This document shows, piece by piece, positions 54,414 to 64,000 of a stretch of DNA of 64,000 bases. Every line of letters starts with the position of its first letter. Positions within the stretch are counted from its first letter, which is position 1. The notes below the pieces were generated by a model. It was not told the DNA's origin. It did no database searches and saw only the letters and a list, made by a program, of their open reading frames with translations. This DNA comes from Nitrospirales bacterium (GTDB lineage Bacteria > Nitrospirota > Nitrospiria > Nitrospirales > UBA8639), in contig CBDBCZ010000018.1 of assembly GCA_965203295.1 (NCBI GenBank), positions 864,001 through 928,000 of the forward strand, in the 5' to 3' direction. The position numbers were made by a program, and so were the translations under genes.

Positions 54414-57400
54414 TCACTCATCGAGGACACAGTCTGCCCCTCCTGAACCTGCGATAGCAGACATCAACGCAGTAGATGGCAAGAGGGTCAATTGACAGGA
54501 GAGGGTTCTCAGAGAATGGGACTCCAGCTGCAGGACATTCTGTGTACATAGAAGTCAATGTATTAATTAATTAAGCTAATTAATAGTAGAACAGAAATTA
54601 CTAAAGCGATGAGGACACTATTCATCTTTGATGCAACCTGCTTTCTGCCTTGTTCAACTGCGGATATATACTAAATCAGACTGGAGACACATGATGTGAT
54701 GTTTGTTTTACTCTATAGTGATGTACCGTATTATGGCACAGTACATGTACTGGAGGCTTCGATCACACACAAATTCCAATTCTACAAGAATGTTTTTCCG
54801 ATGATGTATGTACTGAAATAGGTCGTACATTGATAATCTCGAGCCATCAATGGAGGCTGTACGTAATTTGGCCACATATCTCGCGACTGTGTAATTTCAA
54901 AAATAATATCTAGGGTACTAAAAATAATTTTGACAAACTGCTATACTTATGACTGTATAAGAATCATGAACTCACGATCATCTGATGTAATAACTATCCT
55001 TGTTTGGTTGCGTATGATGGAGACAGGCACCTCAGAGAATGCTACGTCCAGCCTGACAAAGAAATGCTCGTTTGTTTCCAGGAAGTCGTCATTTACAATC
55101 TCAATTTCAGTGGTGTAGGTAGTCATGAGTGAGCTAAATGTCAAAGTCATGTCAACAGCACGATAGTCATCTGGAGCTACATGAGAGAGTAGAAAATGAA
55201 CACAACATACCGTCTTTATTCTATTATTACACAAGCAAATAAATTAATTTCAGTTCTGTTTGTGCTAAATTAGATTCATTAAAAATTCCTGGAATAGAAT
55301 TTCTTGCGCTAGATTAGATCATGCGTTGTAAAGGAGTGGTTTAGTCGCTTTGAAAAAGCCAGTTTTTTTCAAGAGGTAGGCTCAAGGTTTCACCAGAATT
55401 TTGATAGGCAGCAAGACCCAGAAGACTCATAAGGGCCATTTAGTGAAGACTCAGAGCTATTTGTGGACTTAGCTGAGTAACAGTTGTTTTAGCTAATAGT
55501 ATTTACAAAGTATATTTCCTGGAGTTGTACACCTCTTGCATTAGATTGGATTCAGCTTAAAGTAATTAGTGATGGACTTACGCTAGATTAGATTCATAAT
55601 AACTTCCTAGAATCACAATTTCTTGCGTTAAATTGGATCTTGCATAATGATAGAATAAAGACGGTAATAAGTATTCTTCACAGTATTTGTATCAGTGAAA
55701 ATACTGAATTACTAGGAAGGAGATAACCAGAATTGGCTAATAGCAATTCTGTACATGTACATCGTCTTTGTAGATTATTTACTTGTAGCCACTCCATCTA
55801 CTGTGTACATCCGCACAGTGATTGTCGTTTCTAATCTGCCTGACACCATCTGCACTGTTGCTGGTACACCACCAGTGCCTTCACTTTCACGTTGACGAGC
55901 TTGAGTGAAGCCAATGGCAATGCCTGCGCAGATAGAAAGTATCGAAAATTCATGGTGTGTTATCAGAAATTATACGAATTATTCATACCGTCATTATCGA
56001 CAATCATCACAGTTGCAGTGGAAATCTCTCCCAGTGCCACTTCTGTGTCTCCACTTCGAACACCAAGCTCAACACTAAAGCTTTCCATGCCCTCTGCTAT
56101 GCTATCATCTATAATCTGGACTGTGAGAGTTTGCAGCTGTTGATCACCACCAGGTGGGAGTGTTAATGTCTGAGTTAGAGCTGTAAAATCTCCAGCTGCA
56201 TTTGAGAGACAATGGTGGGAAGCACTTAGCAGATAAAATACAATCATACTATCTTACCAGTTGCACTCATCAGGTTTACAGTAACGGTGGCTTGCAGTGG
56301 AATGTTATGATTTCCTCTCTTGTTGACAGTCAGTACCACCGTTCCATCAGCTTCACCTACAGTGTACTCAGGTTGAGTGAACTGCACAGTCACCGCTGCA
56401 GTTGAAGATGATTGCATGATAGGATGAAAAATGGTAGTGTTGTAGCAGTAGTGTTATGTGTTATGTGCATATGTATATGTAATCGATGGTCGATCATAGT
56501 TATTAAAGCATGCAATTTAATGGGCCCACTTCAAAAATAATGTTTATAATATCATTTCATGGTTCCAGTACTGTTGTTATTATTGCGATATAGGCTGGTT
56601 CGTGTCTCAAATTAGCATGCATCCATAGCGCTTGCTCCCTTGAACTTATATTCACACTTGACAGTGTAGGTAAGGCAAGATATATAAAAGAAGATGAAAC
56701 ATGGCAGGGTTCTTTCCAGGATTTTTTGTCTGGGGAAAAGTGGTGGTGGGTTGCAGGCGTGACCACAGTGTTTTAAGAGGTCCAGGGGCATGCCTCGCCC
56801 CCCCCCCCCCCCCCCCCACACACACACACTGCTATTTATTTACTCTACTGAGAGTTGTTCTGCAGCAACCTGAGAGAATTTTAAAGTGCTAGTAGCTGTG
56901 GTCCTACTGGGCTCCTGTTCTTGGCAGGTTGTATTGTTTTTTGTTTTTTTTCTGGGGGGGGTTTGGTGAAAGTCTTATTCTAGTATGGTTTTGAAAACCA
57001 AGTGAATGTAGACATTCTTGTTTCATTTATGCAGTACTTACACCTGCAGGATGGTGGATTTGGTGAAAATGCTGCAGAGTTGTCATCCACTTGTGTGCAT
57101 GTTGTGGTTGCACCTCCGATCAACTCCAGTCCAGAATTACAGGTGTAGGTAGCAATGTCACCAACAGAGAGGCCAGTGAATGTCACATGCCGTTGACAAT
57201 GTCTACCGGATTAGGACACAGTGCTGCGAAAGGAAGATTCATGAAAATAATTCACAGGAAACAAGCGTATATATGGCCCAAGATATATAGCAAGATAGAA
57301 CCTGCTCACATATATACACTATTGCATGGCAGCCAGTGATCACATATGTCACTTGAATGATCGATATTGGTCAAGTTTGTGCAGCATTTTGGGCGAGTTA

Positions 57401-60400
57401 GAGAGACAAGCCATGACAAATAGAATGTCCACTGATATTGGATGGCCACTTGATATGTATTGTGCATCCATGATTATAAATGATCAGTTCAGCATGCCGT
57501 CGATCCGGTATATCAGTGGTTAATGCATGTTCTGCCTTATAAGAACTACTACACAAATATATAGTGCTATTCTCTGAATTCGAATATACAATATAAAGCA
57601 GCGGATCGGTCTGCATGGGAATGATAATGTATGCACATAAAATGTACTGGTGGCTCTTCAATATATAATCAGCTCGTACACGTACCCAGGTACACTAAAA
57701 CTTGTCTGCATAGGTGCAAGGCTCTTTTCAGTATAAAGCACATGCTAACATGATTGACATTATAATATAATACATAGTCATTCCTATTTCCACAAAGTAG
57801 CTATACTCACGCCTGCATAATGGTATGACTGATGAAAATTCTGCCTTGTTTTCATCCACTTGTGTGCATGTGATGGTTGCAGTTCCGATTAGCTCAAAGC
57901 CCGGGTCACAGGTGTAGGTAGCAGTGTCACCAACAGAGTTGCCAGTGAATGTCGCCATGCCATTGACAATGTCCACTGGATTAGAACACAATACTGCAGA
58001 ACAAGGTACATTGGATCTATGCACTTGAAGATGAACAATCACTATTGTACACTACATTATAACGGAGTTCGCATTAGAAAACAAAGCCTGCTTTTGAACA
58101 TGCTGTCTGCTCACATGTGCCAAGCGAGGCAATCTGGTGATAGATCAATAAACTTGTGCTACATGATGTGATTCAACCTTACATCTGAACCAGACAAAGC
58201 CATGAGTGACAGAGAAAGTGCTTATTATAAGTAAACCTAACCACTGATTCATGGATGCTAGCTTTTTTCTACTCTCTACACTACTCAAGAGTCGTGATTT
58301 AAGTCATGCAAAAACCTAAGCCAATAGGAAGGATATCTATATGTGAACTTTTACCCCCTACTTCACTGCATGCCCACCTTTTACAGCAAGAAATCATCAA
58401 ACTAGAATAATAATGGACTGTCCATGGTACTCTAACTTAAATATTTGTTTCTTAATCGACTACTAAGTGTAATGATTTTAGGGAGGTATATATTCAGGTT
58501 ACTTACAGAGAGTATCTCTTATCTCCACAACAGTCAGATCTGGCTCCAAGAAAAAGTTTCGAGGCAGTCCAGTGGGGTGACTGAAAGGATCTGGAACTAC
58601 CTGCACAGTGAAACGCTCAGTGTCCTCAAAGAGATCGTCATCAATAATAAACACTTCAATGCAAGCCCGGCTGTTGGTAGCAGTGATGTCAGTAAAGAAA
58701 AGATCCTCAATCGTCAGTTCCTGATAGTCTCCAGGGTCTACATGATATGAAAAGAGTACGTCTAAAACCAAACGAGACCTGTGATAGTAAGAATAACCAA
58801 CCTGCAGCAGTGCCCCTGATGGTAATTGCAGCAAGGGTGATAGTAATGTCTTGTGGAAATACATTACCAGTGACACTCAGAGTACGAACGCAGATTTCAA
58901 GAAGTCCCTGCCCCTCATTCACAGAGGTAAATGTTTCTTCCCACCCAATTGACACAGTTCCTGCAAAAGAGATTCAACATTATTTTATATTAGAAATTAC
59001 TCATTAACTTACAGCATACCAACTAACCATCATCATCAACAATGAAAATCTGTGCAGTAGCAAAGAGAGCACTGCCATCATCAAGTGTTCCACCGATATT
59101 GATATTCAGCCCTGATTCTTCTAGTGACAGTTCAACACGAAACACCTCAAGTTGCTCAGGTTCGAGATCATCAAGTAGTTCAAAGAGATAGGGTAAACTT
59201 TGCCGATCTGGTGGGAATGTGTTTGACTGAATCAGATCAGCAAGTATATCTCTGTTGGAATCCTGTTGATCAATGGTTGCATCACTTGGACCACTTCCTT
59301 TAATTGTGTTGAATCTTATCCCAAATGTTAACTCTGACTGCTGATTGTTCCCTTTGATGACTGGGATTCTAGTTAGAACACCAGTAGCATTTAATAATTC
59401 AGAAACTGTGTAGCTGCTCTGCTCAAATCCAATTATGAGAGCTATGTATAAGAATGATGCAAATTATTCCACTTAAAGAAATCCTGTTCAGAGGGATTTA
59501 CGACCACATAATAGCAACCTCACCCACTTATTATATACACAATTTCATACCGTACTGATGTACAGTAAAAGTGCTTAGATCTTGCATTATTGTGTGTTCC
59601 CCCTACACTACCCAAGTACAAATATAAAGATGGAAAGGGGGCGTATACGTATAATGTTGGGCATGAAGAAGAAGTCACAGAGGGACGAAACTCGTACTAT
59701 GTGATCCTGGGGCAAAAATTGGAACTCATATGTAGGGTTCTCTATTTTCAATTTCTGTGAGGATTTATGGCCAAAACAAACTATACACAATTTATATGGC
59801 TCTTCACTGAGGCATTTGTTCAAAATGGTGTCTCAGGCGGCTATATATATATATGCATGCATGATGTCTTCAAGCCTGCGGTGCAACAAGAAGCAGAGAT
59901 CTGGACAAGTCCACCACGTATTTTACCAAGGGAGGCTTACTACAGCTGCCATGTTAGTAGAATTTATGTAGCTTCATTATAAGCAGAGATATCAGCGCTA
60001 GAAACAGACGGCACTATTCGCCCACTACTCCTGTAGCAGCTATGGCGTCATTCTATAAACTATGCTGCTCACAGAGATGCCAAGAGCTACGTAGCTATGC
60101 TCACCCACCGTACTTTGTACTTGGGTAGTGGTTAGGCATGCATAAGTATTACATGCCACTAGCAACACGTTTTAAGAGATATATTTCCCCCATTTTCTTT
60201 TGATGGAGTATATCATGTACAGTCATGCATATAGCTACCCTACACAGATCCATTAAACAAGGCAAGCAGGGGTACATCTTATGTCAGCACTTTGTACACC
60301 CTGCTTACAGTCCCTTACCCATTCCCACACTTACGATCATCATCAATGATTCTTCCCAAAGTTGCGAACCGTCTACTTCGCAGATCAACCCTATCTGGAT

Positions 60401-63400
60401 CCACTGCATCAGCCACAACTAAAAGTATGACAAATATCTGTTCAACCTCATTGATAGTATCATCTACTATTCTGATAGCAATTGTCTGAACAGCTGCATT
60501 TCCAGCTGGGAATGTGATTGAAATTCCGGTATTGCTGAAGTCTTGAATACCTGATGAAACAAGAGCTAATTAATATCTGTATACATGCATGCTCCTTACA
60601 TTATTATGCTTCTACTTACTTGTGGCATTGATTGGTCGTCTGGGATTGTAATTTGGAACAAAAGGAATTACATCAAGAACGGGTGACTGTGAGTTATTTA
60701 CAGAAGCATAGTTCACTGGAGTAGCCACAACCGTCAGGTCAGTGGCTATGTTAGTAAGCAGCTGCACTAATGGACGTATAAACCCCATTCCTTCGACAGT
60801 TGCGTAGTCTGGGTTGGCAAATTGGAGAACAGCAGCTGGAGATATAAAGTTTGGAGTCCACATAATATATATATATATATTGCAATAGCTTGCATACCCT
60901 TAACAGTCACAATTTTGCATGTGGTGGGTCACTGAGTGAGAAACACTCTAACTACACTAGTCTTGCAATTCCCAAAATCTGGTATGTGCTGTACTCTGAC
61001 TTGTAAGATACCCCAGAGAAAGGGCATAACCATACCTAGACAGGAACTCCTTTTAACAGATTTTTGTACTCTTACATAAATAGAGAAGCTGTGAATGCAC
61101 GGTGCGGCTATCTAGATTATTGGGATCATCAAAGTTGCAGCAATGACAAGGTTAGCAAGGACTTGAAAGAAGGCTATCACAAACTTGACCCCTCAGCATT
61201 TATGAATATGTATTAAATATGTATGGTACACTCTCCAAAATATCATTTAAAATGAATAGTTGCATGTGCTCTCTCTGGACAATGGATGCTTCATACCATG
61301 ACCACAATATTAGATGATCCATACTTTTAGTAGTACGCTACTATACCTTCTCTGTCTTCAATCACAACTCGAATTGTGAGAATTGCAAATGTATTGGGGG
61401 CTGCAGCATTCAGTGCAGCAACTGCAGCAGCATTGGCACCCATCAGAGTCAGTGTGAAATCTTCAGGTCGCTCCAATGCTATTCTGTCAACTCGAATGAG
61501 GGTCTGAATTCTGGCTGGTACAGTAGCATCATCTATTGTTACACTCCTAGAAACAGATGGAACTATGAAGTCAAAGTTGGGGCCCTCCCCTGCAATGGAT
61601 AGAGGTTGGAGCATTTAGATACTGTATCCATCATATTATATCATATACATGTCATGTCCATGTAGATTTCACATTTTTTGTGTAGTCTGAAATTGCAAAT
61701 TAAAAAAAGAAGGAAAGTGGGCATGATGGGAGGCAAACAGACTCTATGAGTGAAACCATGTAGAGGTAGGCAGAGGAAGACTTGGAAGAGAGTAATTATT
61801 TCCACTGCCTACCACTATGTGGTTTCACTGCCCACATATTATTCCACCAATAAGGTGCACTCTTAGCTATCCTCCTATACCTCTTAAAGACTCTAGCCTC
61901 ATATCCCCCTTACTGCTTCACTGCACATTTTAGAAGAGCAACCAAGTATTGATCTTTGATCCACATCCTTCCTTTGTAGCTTACATTAGCCTAACCTACT
62001 CCCCCTCTCCTCTACGTATTACTCTCTGAAAAACCATAAAGGTTCTGAAAATTTCTGTATACTGTATAGTGAGCGTTTTTTGTGCAGTATATACCACATG
62101 ACAATACCTGATACACTATTAATAGCTGCTTATACATGTACCATGTGAATGGTGGACAGACATACGTAATTGGTATAAATCTGTTACCACTTCCTACATG
62201 TGGAATCGGTATGCATTGTTGCATTAGCCAGCTCAATCAGCCTTGTATACATCCTAGCTGAACAGCCATAAGTTGTTGGATACCCATGCATTCACTTACC
62301 TGCTGTTCCTTCTGTTACTGTGATAGTGAAACGTAATTGTCTTCTAGCATCCTGCTGCAAAAATTCTTCAAAAGGTGCTCCTTTAATAAACCCTGCTTCC
62401 AGCATAGTAACATCAGCACGCTCTTCAATTGAAACGTCAGACCCATCAAGCCATCCAAACACTGCCATGATAGAGAGACATGCACGGCATGAGTGAGAGT
62501 GCATCGTATAGTGTGCTAAATCGCAAGCCAGTGTAACCATAGGTGGCAAACAGAGGGTGGGTGCATACATGTATGAAAATTTTGATTCTGAAGTGAATTT
62601 ATCCATGTGGCTATGCAGACTGTGGTAGTGACACTTTAGCTACGAGTGTAGGGAGGGTCTGGGGCTGAGACTACTTTTAAAAGTTAGCAGGCATCACTAA
62701 ATTATAGCTACTTTGAGTTCAGAGAAAACAAAGGGACAGATTACAGCTCCGTAATTAAAGTGCACCAGCTAGCGAAACAGTAGCTATGTGTGCAACCTGA
62801 ACCCTTCAGGGAAGAGATATGGGGGGGCTTCCCCCCCCCCCCCTTAAAAAAAAGAAAATTGTTTGGTTGATTAATATTCTACTTTATCTGGCTAATGCAA
62901 TGTTGTCAGGCTCTGCATCTGAGCTGCACTATATACGTATGCACGTATGTGGACTGCTTCATCCATGATCACTCAGGGACACATCACCTCCCCCCCCCCC
63001 ACTTATTGGCAGTTGTCTCTTCCTGTCATTAGTTCATATTGCAAAGGATCTGTAGTATAGATGTGAAGCTGCACCCACTTCCAGTCATACATGTTTTAGT
63101 GCCAGTTCATCTGAAAATATAATGGTGTCCAATCATTCTTTGCTTGCAGAACCTAAAAGGTTGCCATACAAAAGTGATATAGCACTGAATAAAAGTTCAC
63201 ACAACTACTCACATTTCCCCCCACTCAAGACTGTTATGTGGCAATCAGTATAGATACTTAGCAGTGTGACACGAGCAATATAATTATATAGTGACACTTG
63301 CATTAGACTGCATTACATTACTGTGCATGTGACCTTCAAAATCGTGAAAGAAGTGAAGTCGTATATTCTATAGCTTATGGCACTGTAGCAACTTACCAAT

Positions 63401-63570
63401 GCAAGCTTGACAGGATTGGTCCCCAGATGTCTGCGTGTAGAACAGCCCAGAAGAGGATTGCACACAGCATTCTTCAATGCTTCCAGCCGTGAAACTAGCA
63501 TCAGAGCTTCCACACCTTAATTCACCGGCAGTTGAAGGAGCGGTGAAGCATTGGACCTGTTGTGCTATTA
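54414..63570 (-). CDS. Extracellular Calx-beta/Sushi protein (Cys-rich module, 4 Calx-beta, 2 Sushi, 2 Calx-beta, tail); 5' exon not located
   Basis: Phase-1 exons 63570-63397, 62461-62300, 61589-61347, 60835-60620, 60550-60335, 59441-59028, 58960-58802, 58737-58507, 57993-57811 (Sushi), 57223-57042 (Sushi, frameshifted), 56395-56258, 56195-55989, 55923-55783, 55176-54976; IxDD..E..ExF..I.D.D motifs; 3' exons 54414-54890 unresolved. Confidence 0.85.
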
Positions 63571-64000
63571 CTGAAAGAGAGAGTAAAATTATGATGATAT
63601 TGTTGTGCTACAAACACCACAAAACCTTTTCACATTGGCTCCTTATGGGTTTTGAAGACAGTTCTTCTTTGTCAATACCACTCCATGCAAATAGCTACTA
63701 AGGCAATGAGACAGCAACATCCAACCATCCACCATTTTTGCCCTATCAGTAGCTAGTGTTCAATTACAAAAGTGAACACACAGAAAAGGCAAGCTAAGTT
63801 AAACTGGCTGTTGAATGTTTATATAGAGACATGATGTTTTGTACATGCAATCATGCTGATACTTATGCATGTGGGGCATTGTTCAGTTTATGAACGTTTA
63901 TACAGGGCTCTGCCCAAATGAATGCACTGAATAAACTCATTCATCCTCTAATCTAATGGTCTGAGCAAGAAGCATATAGTACCCTGTATATAGTCAGTAA

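Overview
Eukaryotic, intron-rich, transposon-dense DNA, most consistent with a demosponge (inferred from the Calx-beta/Sushi multi-exon gene, the short collagen and the repeat content). Host genes: (1) a 10-exon, ~410-aa secreted protein with a 22-triplet collagen segment (16788-28725, all splice phases concordant); (2) a small beta-rich, bacterial-looking gene with a TATA box and one intron (39248-39646); (3) a large minus-strand Calx-beta/Sushi gene (~54414-63570, 5' end not found); (4) a tRNA-Thr(AGT)-like unit. Mobile DNA: a full-length AcademH transposon (72-bp TIRs, 9-bp TSD, convergent transposase and RecQ helicase), decayed Crypton and DIRS/Ngaro tyrosine-recombinase elements, a truncated Gypsy element, a young 5'-truncated CR1/L2 LINE, a DINE-1-like Helentron and many MITEs. 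The most striking signal is a set of about eight long terminal hairpins. Their stems are mostly unrelated, but they share a strand-specific design of a GCGAAGC mini-hairpin tip plus tandem G·A/G·A mismatches. One caps an internally deleted Crypton-like ORF, which suggests these elements use a folded ssDNA (attC-like) substrate. All family assignments come from motif recognition by eye; no database searches were run.
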